A stretch of 64,000 nt of DNA from an uncultured Acidobacteriota bacterium (GTDB lineage: Bacteria; Acidobacteriota; UBA6911). Below the pieces are notes generated by a model. It was not told the DNA's origin and did no database searches. It worked only from the letters and a program-made list of their open reading frames with translations. Of the stretch, positions 40,091 through 50,035 are shown in pieces. A program made the translations under genes and the position numbers. Positions within the stretch are counted from its first letter, which is position 1. Each line of letters starts with the position of its first letter. The DNA is taken from positions 61,471 through 125,470 of the forward strand of contig CAWHCF010000037.1 in the NCBI GenBank assembly GCA_963827655.1, read 5' to 3'.

Positions 40091-43000
40091 GTTTTGGGCG
40101 CTTCGATCCCGAGCTTTTTCATACGGGACCAGAGCGTCGAGCGGTTCATGCCGAGGAGCGCGGCTGCGCCCTGGGGACCGGCGAGAACCCAGCCCGTGCG
40201 CTCCAGCGCCCGCAGGATATGACCGCGCTCGGCTTCCTCCAGCGATTGAAATGAGCCGGTTTGTGCGGGCGTCTTATTCGTAAGAGCGATGTGTGCTTCT
40301 TGCAGGACACCTCCCTGGCAGAGGATTACGCCGCGCTCGATGATGTTGGCAAGCTCGCGCACATTGCCAGGCCAGTCGTAGCTCTCGAGCCGGTCCAGAG
40401 CTGCACGATCGATACTTTGGATCCGCTTGCCCATTCGTTGAGACAATTTCCGCGCCAGGTCTTTGGCAAGAAGCCGGATGTCGTCCTTGCGCTGACGAAG
40501 CGGAGGGACCTCGATCGGGAATACATTCAGGCGGTAGAACAGATCGGCCCGGAAGGTGCCGCGCCGCACTTCTTCGGCGAGGTTCCGGTTGGTGGCCGCG
40601 ATCACACGCGCATCTACCCTGATGGTGTGAGAACCTCCAACGCGTTCGAATTCCTGTTCCTGAAGCACTCGCAACAGCTTGGTCTGCGTGTCCAGCGGCA
40701 GCTCGCCGACCTCGTCCAGAAAAATGGTTCCCTGGTGCGCGAGCTCAAAACGTCCTTTCTTCTGCGAGACTGCGCCCGTGAAAGCGCCCTTCTCGTGGCC
40801 AAACAACTCGCTCTCAACCAGGCCTGCCGGCAGCGCCGCGCAATTCACCTTCACGATTACATTCTGCTTCCGCCGGCCAAGGTTGTGGAGCGCGCGGGCG
40901 ATGAGTTCCTTGCCGGTCCCCGTTTCGCCCAGCAGGAGGACATTGGAATCCGTCTGGGCCACCATCTCTATGCTGCGAAACACCTTCTGCATGGCGGCCG
41001 AAGCACCGACCAGTTCTTCAAAGTTGACCTCGCTCTGAAGCTCTTCCTTGAGATAGACATTCTGCCGTCGCAACTGCTCGAGCATTTCCTCGGCTTGTTT
41101 CCGCTGGTTGATGTCGCGGAGTATCAGGGTGAACAGCGTACCGCTGGATACCACCGAGCGCGACACGGTCGCTTCGATGGGAAAACTCTCGCCGTCCTTG
41201 CGGATGGCCCTGAGTCCTTCTGGAATCCAGAGCCGGCCCTCCCCGGTCTGGGATTCCGCCACGGCAATGTAATTTCCCAGCAGCTTGATCAGATCCTCTG
41301 ACAAGAACCGGTGGATGGATTGCCCAATGACCTCGGAGGAAGCGCAGCCGAAGGTGTTCTCCGCCGCCCGGTTGAAGATGACAATCATGCGCTGCTGATC
41401 GATGACCACAATGGCGTCCATGGCCGACCGGAAGATACCGGCCAGGCGGTCCTCGCTTTCCCGGAGGCTGGCGTTCGCTTCCGAAAGCTCCGCCGTACGC
41501 TCGGCCACTCGCTGCTCCAGTTCCGCGGCGTGACGCTCAATCTGACGGTTGAGGTGCGCGTGCCGGATCGCGACCGCCAGGCTGTCGGCCACTTCCTGCG
41601 CGATCTCGATGTGGTCCGATGAGAAGGCGCCGGTGTTCTCCGAACCGAGATTGAGCACTCCGATCAGCTCGTTCCGGGCCACGAGGGGTATGTTGACGAA
41701 GGACCGGATGCCCTGTTGCCGCAGGCGAGTGGCCGGCTCTTCGACCGCAAAGTGATCGATATCGGCGATGGTATGTGGCTTTCCCTGGCGCAGGTCGTCA
41801 AGGCTGCCGAAGATCCCCAGCGGGACCTCTGAACCAACATCCGGTTGTGTGGCGCCCGGCGCGTAAACGCCAATGATGTGCCCCAAGCCTGCCCCCGGAT
41901 CAAATACCACGACGCTGGCGCGCCGGCACGGGACAAGTTCGTGGATGCGGACTATTGCGGCCTGCGCAATTTCCTCGAGCGAGTGCGCCGACAGGATGGC
42001 GTGATCCGTCTGTTGGAGAAGCCTCAGGCGCCGGTTGAACCTCAACAGCGCCTCTTCAGCCTGTTTGCGCTCCGTGACGTCGCGCTGGATGCCGAAGTGG
42101 CCGGTGATTCTCCCTTCGGCGTCGTAGAAACAGATGTAGTCGCCTTCGACCCACATACGGCTGCCGTCGAGTCTGCGCTCGTCGCTTTCCACGTGCAGGC
42201 GGCCGGCGTCGAACATACGGCGCCACAGCTCTCTTCCATGAGCCAGATCGTGAGCGAAGAGATCGCTCGGCGTCCATCCGATGAACTGCTCGCGCGACGC
42301 GCCGTATTGCTCGAGCATGGCGCCATTGATCTTGGTGATGCGTTGGTGCCCGAAAACGTAGTCGAGGATCTGGTCTTGATTGACGTTGTCGCCCCACCGG
42401 ACCGGCTGGTCGAGCATCATAAAGAAGAAGCCGTCGAGCGACTGCGAAAAGAACAATTCCAGATTGTCGAGCGACTCACGCAGTTCGTACTCCGCCAGGC
42501 GCCTCCGGTTCGTCTCCAAAGCGAGGGCAGTCAGGTCGGCGAGGGAGGCCGCGAAGTTCTGTTCATCGAGCTTCCAGCGACGCGGTTGGCCGGTGTGTTC
42601 GTGACACAGCACACCGATCGGTTTTCCTTCCCGGCGGATGGGCACGTCCAGAACCGACACCGTGCCGCGGGCGGCCAGATAGTCCGTTAGCTCTGCCGTC
42701 AGCGGGTCGTTGCGGGCGTCGCACGCCGCGATGGTGCGGAAATCCCTGAGGGCGCCAAAATGGCGCGGGTAACGCTCGACTTCGAGCGCCGCGCCGCTCT
42801 CGTGAAGGCCTTGTTCGCGGTCAAAAAGGTGAGCGCATCGGATCTCGGCGTAGGTTTCGCTGTAGACCCAGACGCTCACGCGGGCCACATCCAACGTGGC
42901 CGCACTTAACGCCGTGACATGAGTCAGAAATTCTTCGAGGTTACTCGATTGAGACTGGCCAAGTTCGAGAAGGGCAACCTGAAACTGGAGTGTTTGAAAG

Positions 43001-43389
43001 TCCGCCCGGCGCCTTTCCTCGTCCAGGAGATGGCGCTCGGAAACGTCCCGGGCAATCGCCACAAGGGTTTGTGAGTTGGTGCCCGCCAGCCGGCTGAGGC
43101 TCACCTCCAGCCGGCGCGAAGAAAGGTCGGGACGCAGGATGTCCAGCTCGATCAGCGCGGGCGCCCCTCCCGGGGGCCGTTCCGAACCCAACACAGGTTC
43201 GGCAATCTCTGAGGAGCGGGGGGTCAGGATCTCGGTCAGCCGAAGATTGACCAGCGACTCCGCATTGCGACCAGCCGCAGCAGCCGCCGCCTGATTCGCC
43301 CAGAGAATCTTGCCGCTTGGATCAAGAACGAAAACAGCGTCGCGCAGATGGTTTGCGGCGAGCTCAAACGACAATGCCTCGACGGTCAT
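40084..43389 (-). CDS. Sigma-54-dependent transcriptional activator (FhlA-like), PAS-GAF-PAS-GAF-PAS-AAA+-HTH
   Basis: GETGTGKE, ESELFGHEKGAFTGA, FLDEVGE, WPGNVREL, Fis-type HTH; PAS ends ARDVSER, QRDVTERK, LRDINQRK. Confidence 0.95.
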   Translation of the reverse strand: MTVEALSFELAANHLRDAVFVLDPSGKILWANQAAAAAAGRNAESLVNLRLTEILTPRSSEIAEPVLGSERPPGGAPALIELDILRPDLSSRRLEVSLSRLAGTNSQTLVAIARDVSERHLLDEERRRADFQTLQFQVALLELGQSQSSNLEEFLTHVTALSAATLDVARVSVWVYSETYAEIRCAHLFDREQGLHESGAALEVERYPRHFGALRDFRTIAACDARNDPLTAELTDYLAARGTVSVLDVPIRREGKPIGVLCHEHTGQPRRWKLDEQNFAASLADLTALALETNRRRLAEYELRESLDNLELFFSQSLDGFFFMMLDQPVRWGDNVNQDQILDYVFGHQRITKINGAMLEQYGASREQFIGWTPSDLFAHDLAHGRELWRRMFDAGRLHVESDERRLDGSRMWVEGDYICFYDAEGRITGHFGIQRDVTERKQAEEALLRFNRRLRLLQQTDHAILSAHSLEEIAQAAIVRIHELVPCRRASVVVFDPGAGLGHIIGVYAPGATQPDVGSEVPLGIFGSLDDLRQGKPHTIADIDHFAVEEPATRLRQQGIRSFVNIPLVARNELIGVLNLGSENTGAFSSDHIEIAQEVADSLAVAIRHAHLNRQIERHAAELEQRVAERTAELSEANASLRESEDRLAGIFRSAMDAIVVIDQQRMIVIFNRAAENTFGCASSEVIGQSIHRFLSEDLIKLLGNYIAVAESQTGEGRLWIPEGLRAIRKDGESFPIEATVSRSVVSSGTLFTLILRDINQRKQAEEMLEQLRRQNVYLKEELQSEVNFEELVGASAAMQKVFRSIEMVAQTDSNVLLLGETGTGKELIARALHNLGRRKQNVIVKVNCAALPAGLVESELFGHEKGAFTGAVSQKKGRFELAHQGTIFLDEVGELPLDTQTKLLRVLQEQEFERVGGSHTIRVDARVIAATNRNLAEEVRRGTFRADLFYRLNVFPIEVPPLRQRKDDIRLLAKDLARKLSQRMGKRIQSIDRAALDRLESYDWPGNVRELANIIERGVILCQGGVLQEAHIALTNKTPAQTGSFQSLEEAERGHILRALERTGWVLAGPQGAAALLGMNRSTLWSRMKKLGIEAPKTS

Positions 43390-43768
43390 GCCCGCCTCCA
43401 TGCTGCTTCATGCCGCAGGCCGCGCCCGCTCTCCCGGCTGATCGTGCCGATGACGAAGGACTCCACGCGCCAGACACCGGCATCTCGACGATCTCCGGGA
43501 TCGGTAGCGTTGAAACATCCATCTGTTTGAAACATAGTCAGCAACCGTTTCGCGCGCAGTGCAAGCGGCGCTCGAAGGCCGCCTGAAACCCGGAAATTCT
43601 ATCATGACGGTCCGCGTAGCGAGAGCCGTCTGATTGGCATCCCATTCGCGTGCTCGCTCGTTTTGATTGCGACCGCGATTGTCTCCGGGTAGGATTGGCA
43701 TTTTCCGTCGCATGGCAGGATATGGCGGTATTGAAACACCCGGCACAAATCCGACAGGAGGCCCAGTC

Positions 43769-44632
43769 ATGTACGAGGATTTACTCAGCCTGTTACCCGA
43801 AACCGAGTGTTCCCGAAGACAGTTTGTCGTCACGGCGCTCTCGGCCGGATTCGCGCTCGCGGTGCAGCCGGTCACCGCACAGACGATCACGACCGACGCG
43901 ACCGGTCTGACGGCCGGCGAAGTCAAGATACCGGTTGCGGACGGAGAAATTCCCGCCTACAGGGCCATACCCGCTTCAGGCGGCCCATTCCCGGTCGTCC
44001 TCGTGGTCCAGGAGATCTTTGGAGTGCACGAACACATCAAAGACATTTGCCGCCGGTTCGCCAAACTGGGCTTCCTGGGAGTGGCGCCGGAGTTATACGC
44101 CCGGCAGGGGGATGTCTCGAAAATCGCCAATATTAATGAGATCATCTCCAAGGTGGTTTCGAAGGTTCCGGATACTCAGGTGATGTCGGACCTCGACGCG
44201 ACGGTCACGTGGGCTCAAAAGTCGGGAAAGGGAAACATCGACAAGCTGGGTGTGACCGGTTTCTGCTGGGGCGGCCGCATCGTCTGGCTCTATGCAGCCC
44301 ACAATCCCCGGTTAAAGGCCGGCGTGGCCTGGTACGGCCGGCTCGTCGGCCAGGCCAACGAATTGCAGCCGAAGTATCCCATCGAGGTGGCGGCAGCCTT
44401 GAAAGCGCCGGTACTGGGACTGTACGGAGGGGCCGACCAAGGAATTCCCAATGAAACCGTCGAGCAGATGCGTCAGGCTTTGAAGGCTGCCGGCGGCCGC
44501 TCTGAGATCGTGCTGTACCCTGATGCGCCCCACGGTTTTCACGCCGACTACCGTCCAAGCTATCGCAAGGAAGCTGCCGAGGACGGCTGGAAACGCCTGC
44601 AGGATTGGTTCAAGAAACATGGCGCTGCCTGA
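43769..44632 (+). CDS. Dienelactone hydrolase family protein (Tat signal)
   Basis: SRRQF; QEIFGV; GFCWGG; AP HGF.ADYRPSY; AGGAGG RBS. Confidence 0.93.
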   Translation: MYEDLLSLLPETECSRRQFVVTALSAGFALAVQPVTAQTITTDATGLTAGEVKIPVADGEIPAYRAIPASGGPFPVVLVVQEIFGVHEHIKDICRRFAKLGFLGVAPELYARQGDVSKIANINEIISKVVSKVPDTQVMSDLDATVTWAQKSGKGNIDKLGVTGFCWGGRIVWLYAAHNPRLKAGVAWYGRLVGQANELQPKYPIEVAAALKAPVLGLYGGADQGIPNETVEQMRQALKAAGGRSEIVLYPDAPHGFHADYRPSYRKEAAEDGWKRLQDWFKKHGAA

Positions 44633-44716
44633 GCCTGACACCAATCACCGCCACCGACCTGGCTTCGTACTCAGCGAACGGCTCTCGATTGACCGGCAGC
44701 CCCTTTTGCTTTTGGG

Positions 44717-45039
44717 GCACGGGTCATTAGAAACTGTTGCAAAACTCGCCCGGTTCATGTGCGGACGGGCTATCAAGCCCGTCCTAGGGCCGAAGGCCCG
44801 GCAGTGCGTAGGCCCTGCCGTAAGGCCGGGAAAAGAGTTCAGGTTTAGAAACGAGCGCCGAAGGTGCGACAGAGTCGGAGTGCCGGTCCTTCGGACCTCG
44901 GACTCGGGATCATGCAGACCCCGCCCTCACGGGCGGGGCTATTCACTGCCGGGCCTTCGGCCCTGGTCAAAGTGCCCCGTGCTTCATGTGCCAGCGTAAA
45001 TGTCCAAACTCCAAGCGACGGGTCTGATTAGACCCGTGC
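44717..45039. mobile_element. Nested composite: hairpin GCACGGGTC/GACCCGTGC split at TTA by an element-A-headed insert that contains element B
   Basis: TTA at 44727-44729 and 45028-45030; element A core at 44730-44784; element B at 44786-44964 with perfect 21-bp terminal inverted repeats. Confidence 0.78.
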
Positions 45040-45063
45040 ATTTCACGTCAGCCGACTAAGGGA

Positions 45064-46386
45064 TCAACCGAGCGACCAGGGCTCCCGGTATTTCTTGGAA
45101 AGAAAACGGGAGGCTTCCTGATCATTGATGATCTGCTCCTTTTCCGGGTTCCAGAGGATCTTGCGCCCGGTGCGGTACGAAATATTTGCCAGCTGGCACG
45201 CCGTCGAGGAACGGTGCCCGTCCTCGATGCTGCAGACGGGCGCCTGGCGCGACCGGACGGATTCGATGAATCCGAGCTGATGACGTCCCGCTCCGTTGTC
45301 CAGATCCTTGCTGCTGACGACGGGCTCGCCCTGCTCCGCTTCGGGCACGATCTGGTAACCAAACCGGTTGACCAGCAAGGTCGCTTGATCGCCGAGAAAC
45401 TGAATCCCGTGATCCGCCCGGGGGCTGCCCGCCGGAAAGCTCGTGGCGTGACGACAGGAATAGGTCAACACGAAGTCGGGAAACTCGAACAGCATTTCGG
45501 CGGTGTCCGGCGTCTCGCGCGGGTCCTGGATTGCGAATTTCCCCCCGGCCGTCACGACAGCGCGCGGTGCTTTCGCTTTCATAGCCCAGAGCACGATATC
45601 GATCAAATGAACTCCCCATGCCAGCAGCATTCCACCGGAGTAGTCCCAGAAATAGATGTAATTCCAGTGGAAACGATTGAGGTTGAACGGCCGCTTCGGG
45701 GCCGGCCCCAACCACATATCATAGTCAACACCCGAGGGCGGAGGCCCGTCCGGCAGATTCTCCAGCGTCTCCGAGCGGCCGCGCCCCGAGCCCGACGCGA
45801 GGCTCCAGGCATTGAAACAGTGAACCCGGCTCACCTTGCCGATCTTGCCGCTCTGAACCAGTTCGACCGCTTCCCGAAAAATGGTTCCGCTGCGTTGCTG
45901 CAGCCCAACTTCTACATGGCGTTGATGCCGGCGAACGGCCTCCACCATGAGCTGACCCTCTCGGATGGTGTGGCCCACCGGTTTTTCCAGGTAGATATCC
46001 TTCCCGGAACTGAGTGCTTGCAACGCCGGAATGGCGTGCCAGTGGTCCGGAGTGGCCACGATCACAGCGTCGATGTCGTTTCGGTCGAGCACACGACGGA
46101 AATCTTTGTACGTATCGAGCTTTCCTCCGATCCGCTTCATGGCCTGGCCCAGCCTGCTTTCGTCAACATCGCACAAGGCCACTGCCTGTGCCTTCGGGTC
46201 CTTCAGGCACCGCGCCAGATCTCCTGTCCCCTGAGGTCCACAGCCGATCAAGCCCAGCCGTACGGTGTCATTGGCACCCCGGGGCGAAGACCAGGCGCGC
46301 GATTCGACTGCCGCCACCCCAGCCGATAGGCCTGCGGCAGATGACATGAAGAACTGACGACGAGTCAACTCTTTCAGGTCTGGCAT
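45064..46386 (-). CDS. Gfo/Idh/MocA family oxidoreductase (Tat-exported)
   Basis: TRRQFF; GLIGCG; ATPDHWH; YLEKP; WLGPAP; WGVHLID. Confidence 0.95.
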   Translation of the reverse strand: MPDLKELTRRQFFMSSAAGLSAGVAAVESRAWSSPRGANDTVRLGLIGCGPQGTGDLARCLKDPKAQAVALCDVDESRLGQAMKRIGGKLDTYKDFRRVLDRNDIDAVIVATPDHWHAIPALQALSSGKDIYLEKPVGHTIREGQLMVEAVRRHQRHVEVGLQQRSGTIFREAVELVQSGKIGKVSRVHCFNAWSLASGSGRGRSETLENLPDGPPPSGVDYDMWLGPAPKRPFNLNRFHWNYIYFWDYSGGMLLAWGVHLIDIVLWAMKAKAPRAVVTAGGKFAIQDPRETPDTAEMLFEFPDFVLTYSCRHATSFPAGSPRADHGIQFLGDQATLLVNRFGYQIVPEAEQGEPVVSSKDLDNGAGRHQLGFIESVRSRQAPVCSIEDGHRSSTACQLANISYRTGRKILWNPEKEQIINDQEASRFLSKKYREPWSLG

Positions 46387-46562
46387 AGATTTCTCCCTTG
46401 TTCCACCAAGATGTCTCGCGGTCATCGATTCGTGGGGCCGAATCTACCAAGCTCGCATGCAGAGCACAAGGGCTGATTGGCCTGCAGAACCGTTTGAAAG
46501 CCAGGTTGATCTCCACGAAAAGGATTGATAATGTACGCCCCCATGTGACCTTCACGATTGCT

Positions 46563-46640
46563 GGTGTGTTTTTTCGTGTCTTCGTGTCTTTGTGGTTAGC
46601 GCTGCGAAACAAATACTACCAGGGCACGAAGAAACACTGA
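46563..46640. repeat. Family C inverted doublet
   Basis: TTCGTGTCTTCGTGTCTTTGTGGTTAG-CGCTGCG-AAACAAATACTACCAGGGCACGAAGAAACAC. Confidence 0.85.
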
Positions 46641-46667
46641 GACACTTCTAAACAAAGGGTGATAGTC

Positions 46668-49600
46668 ATGTCCAGAGCTTGCCGGCTTTTCTTGTGGGTG
46701 CTGTTTTTAGTCGCTGGCGCGGGATCCGCCCTGGCTCAGACCGGGCGCATCCTGGGGACGGTTTCCGACTCAACCGGCGCCGTGATCCCCGGCGTAACCG
46801 TGACGGTCACGAGCCAGGAAACCAAGGGCGCCCGAACTTTCTTGACCGACAACACGGGAAACTATGACTTTCCGGGCCTGCCCGTGGGCAATTACACGAT
46901 TCGGGCAGAGCTAGCCGGCTTCAAGACCGCCGAGACCCAGATGCGGGTGGAGATAGGGCAGATCGCGCGCCAAAACCTGCAACTGGCGGTAGGCGAAGTC
47001 GCGGACGTGGTCCAGGTGCTGGCTGAAGCTCCGCTGCTGCAGGCCGACAATGTGGAAATCGGCCAGGTGGTAACCAACCGGCAGATTATCGAGCTTCCTC
47101 TCAACGGAAGGAACTTCACAACCCTGGCTCTGCTGGTCCCGGGAGTGACCACGCGAGGCGGCGGGCTGGACTCCTTCGGAGAAGCCGGAACGGTCTCCGT
47201 GAACGGCTCGCGCGGGGGCGCGGAGAACTACATGGTGGAAGGCGTGACGACCAACGCGTCTAACACCCGCCAGCCGCAGATCGCGCCGTCGGTCGAGAGC
47301 ATTCAGGAGTTCAAGATCCAGTCCAGCACTTACAACGCCGAGTTCGGCCGCGGCGCGGCCGAAGTGAACCTCATCACCAAAAGCGGCACCAACAGTTTTC
47401 GCGGCGTCGTGTACGACTTCTGGCGCAACAACAGTCTGGCGGCCAACGATTTCTTTCAAAACCAGCTCCCCAATCCCGATTCGATCGGGAGCACGCTGAA
47501 TCGCCATCAGTTCGGCGCCACCTATGGCGGTCCGATTTTCAAGAACCAGACATTCTTCTTTTCCAACTACGAGGGGCAGCGCGTGCGTGAGGGACGGACG
47601 GTGACGTACCGGGTTCCCACGGATCTGGAGCGGGCCGGGGATTTCAGCCGATCGCCCGGCGTCCAATCGATCACCGATCCGGAGACGGGATCGCCTTTCC
47701 CGGACAGCAAGGTGCCCGCGAGCCGGTTTCACTCGGCCTACAAGTACTTTCAGGGCTGGTGGCCCAGCCCCAACACGACCGACGGGTTTCTCATTTCGGC
47801 GCCCAAGAACCGCTCCGATTCCGATCAGGTCGGGGTCCGTGTCGACCACAACTTTTCCAAGAAGGATACGCTCTTCGTCAGGTACTTCCGCGCGCGCCGC
47901 GACCTGCTCAACCCGGGCGTGGGCACCGAGCCGGGACTTCTGGAAAACATTGTCGTGGACGTCGACAGCCGGCAATGGGCGGGTCACTACACGCACAGTT
48001 TTTCTCCCAACCTTCTGGTCGATTTCCAGTATTCCCGATTGGATTTCAACTCGTTGAGCGTGGTCGGACCGAACTGCTTCCAGGAAGATAATTGCACCAA
48101 TCACGTCGTGGCGTCGGGAATCCAGAACATGGATTTTACCGCCCAGTTTTTCCCCGGCGCCCCGCAACTTGCGTTCGGCGCCGGTGGCTGGGCGCAGTTG
48201 CTCGGAACCCGAGACCCCCTCGAGGTGCTGTTTCCCACAGATTCCTGGAGGTCGGAGCTGACCTGGATCAAAGGAAAGCACACCATGAAGGGAGGGATTG
48301 ACTTCTACGCGCAGGACGGGCTGGTGCAGATCGCGCTGCAATCCCGGGGAGTCTTCAGCATGACCGGCGCCCGAACCTCGGGCGGGCGCACTCCCTGGTC
48401 CGATTTCATGCTGGGGCAGGCCACGCAACCTGCCCGCGCTATTCCCACGACGAAGACCGGAATCAACAACCATAACTTCCATTACTTCATTCAGGACGAC
48501 TGGAAGATCCATCCCCGGCTGACTCTGAACCTTGGCCTGCGCTACGAGTACAATCTGTTTCCGACCGCGACCAACGGCGGCGGTTCGGTGGACCCGAAGA
48601 CAGGCATGCTGATCTTTGCCGACCTCGACGGAGACGGCACTCCCAACAACGAGGCGGAGTTTGCCCCGGGCTTCGATCTCATTTACCCGCTTGTGAAGGA
48701 TTCTCTGGTTCCAAACCAGGATCTGGGGCTGGACGCTTCGATGATCAAAACCGACAAGAACAACTTCGCGCCCCGCTTCGGGCTGGCCTGGCGCCCGTTC
48801 GGCGACAGAACGGTGGTCCGCGCCGGCTATGGAATCTACTACGGCACGGTTGCGAATGGTAATATCGGCGAAAGCCAGATCCTCATGCCCCCGTTCTCGG
48901 TAGTCGAGGTGGGCGCCAGCGGGTCCATCGACAACGCCTTTCCCCGGGTGCTTACCCAGATTCTTCCCGGCACGTGGCAGGCGTTTGCTCTGGATTCGAA
49001 CCAGCAGTGGCCCTACGATCAGCAGTTCAGCTTGACCCTGCAGCACAGCCTTGCCAACGACCTGATTCTGGAGAGCGGCTACGTGGGAAGAACCGGAACC
49101 CATCTGATCAGCCGCAGCAACCTGGCCATGCCCGCCAGCCGTCCCAGCTTTGTTCCTCCAACCCTGGTTATCCATGACGCCGATTCCACATCGAACTTCC
49201 ATTCCTGGCAGACACGCCTGGAGAAGCGCTACTCGAGCGGGCTGGCTTTTTCGCTGGCGTACACCTGGTCGAAATCCATGGACAGAAGCAGCGAAGACCG
49301 GGATACGGGGGGAATCGACAGCGGATTCAATCGGCGCGCGGCGTCCGATCACGACATTCCCCAGCGCTTCGTCTCCAGCGTGGTATGGGACCTGCCTTTC
49401 GGCTATGGCAGAAAATTCCTGAGCGCGCGCGGAGGGTTCGTGGACGCTGTTCTGGGTGGCTGGCAGTGGTCGGCCATCGCCCAGTTCCAGAGCGGCCATC
49501 CATTCCACCCGGTCTGGGCCACCGGCAGCAACAGCGCCACCGTCGCGACCGCTCGCATCCCCAATCGCATCGGCAACGGTGAACTGGACAATCCGACGCC

Positions 49601-49976
49601 GCAGCGATGGTTCGACAGTTCGGCCTTTGCGCCCCACGTCAGGCAGCCCGATCCCAGCCGCCCGGGTATGTTCCTTCTCACCGAGGGCAACTCGGGACGC
49701 AATATCCTCCGGTCCGACGGCATGGCAAACTGGGACATCGGGATTATGAAGAACTTCTACTTCAGAGAGCGTTATCGCGTGCAGTTCCGCGGCGAGCTGT
49801 TCAACACTTTCAATCACGTTCAGTTCGCCCCGCCCGGCGCCTGCGCACCGAATTGTCTGGGACGTTCGAGACCTGAGAACAACGCACAGATCACGGGCGG
49901 TCCAAACGATGGGCGGGTCTTTCAAACTAACAGTATTCCCCGTCAGATCCAGTTCGGGTTGAAGCTGTTTTTCTGA
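46668..49976 (+). CDS. TonB-dependent receptor (Oar-like), intact
   Basis: LPLNGRNF; TKSGTN; QDDWK; NFAPRFGLAW; ends PRQIQFGLKLFF. Confidence 0.95.
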   Translation: MSRACRLFLWVLFLVAGAGSALAQTGRILGTVSDSTGAVIPGVTVTVTSQETKGARTFLTDNTGNYDFPGLPVGNYTIRAELAGFKTAETQMRVEIGQIARQNLQLAVGEVADVVQVLAEAPLLQADNVEIGQVVTNRQIIELPLNGRNFTTLALLVPGVTTRGGGLDSFGEAGTVSVNGSRGGAENYMVEGVTTNASNTRQPQIAPSVESIQEFKIQSSTYNAEFGRGAAEVNLITKSGTNSFRGVVYDFWRNNSLAANDFFQNQLPNPDSIGSTLNRHQFGATYGGPIFKNQTFFFSNYEGQRVREGRTVTYRVPTDLERAGDFSRSPGVQSITDPETGSPFPDSKVPASRFHSAYKYFQGWWPSPNTTDGFLISAPKNRSDSDQVGVRVDHNFSKKDTLFVRYFRARRDLLNPGVGTEPGLLENIVVDVDSRQWAGHYTHSFSPNLLVDFQYSRLDFNSLSVVGPNCFQEDNCTNHVVASGIQNMDFTAQFFPGAPQLAFGAGGWAQLLGTRDPLEVLFPTDSWRSELTWIKGKHTMKGGIDFYAQDGLVQIALQSRGVFSMTGARTSGGRTPWSDFMLGQATQPARAIPTTKTGINNHNFHYFIQDDWKIHPRLTLNLGLRYEYNLFPTATNGGGSVDPKTGMLIFADLDGDGTPNNEAEFAPGFDLIYPLVKDSLVPNQDLGLDASMIKTDKNNFAPRFGLAWRPFGDRTVVRAGYGIYYGTVANGNIGESQILMPPFSVVEVGASGSIDNAFPRVLTQILPGTWQAFALDSNQQWPYDQQFSLTLQHSLANDLILESGYVGRTGTHLISRSNLAMPASRPSFVPPTLVIHDADSTSNFHSWQTRLEKRYSSGLAFSLAYTWSKSMDRSSEDRDTGGIDSGFNRRAASDHDIPQRFVSSVVWDLPFGYGRKFLSARGGFVDAVLGGWQWSAIAQFQSGHPFHPVWATGSNSATVATARIPNRIGNGELDNPTPQRWFDSSAFAPHVRQPDPSRPGMFLLTEGNSGRNILRSDGMANWDIGIMKNFYFRERYRVQFRGELFNTFNHVQFAPPGACAPNCLGRSRPENNAQITGGPNDGRVFQTNSIPRQIQFGLKLFF

Positions 49977-49980
49977 TTCA

Positions 49981-50022
49981 TTGGTGTTTTTTCGCGTCTT
50001 CGCGTCCTGGTGGTATTTTGTT
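49981..50022. repeat. Family C single arm
   Basis: GGTGTTTTTTCGCGTCTTCGCGTCCTGGTGGTATTTTG. Confidence 0.75.
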
Positions 50023-50035
50023 CTGGAGATAATAG

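Noticed and set aside
43635-43650. Sigma-54 site TGGCATCCCATTCGCG before the dienelactone hydrolase
   Set aside because: Spacing is right, but the -12 element is TCGCG rather than TTGC(A/T), and no clear enhancer was seen.
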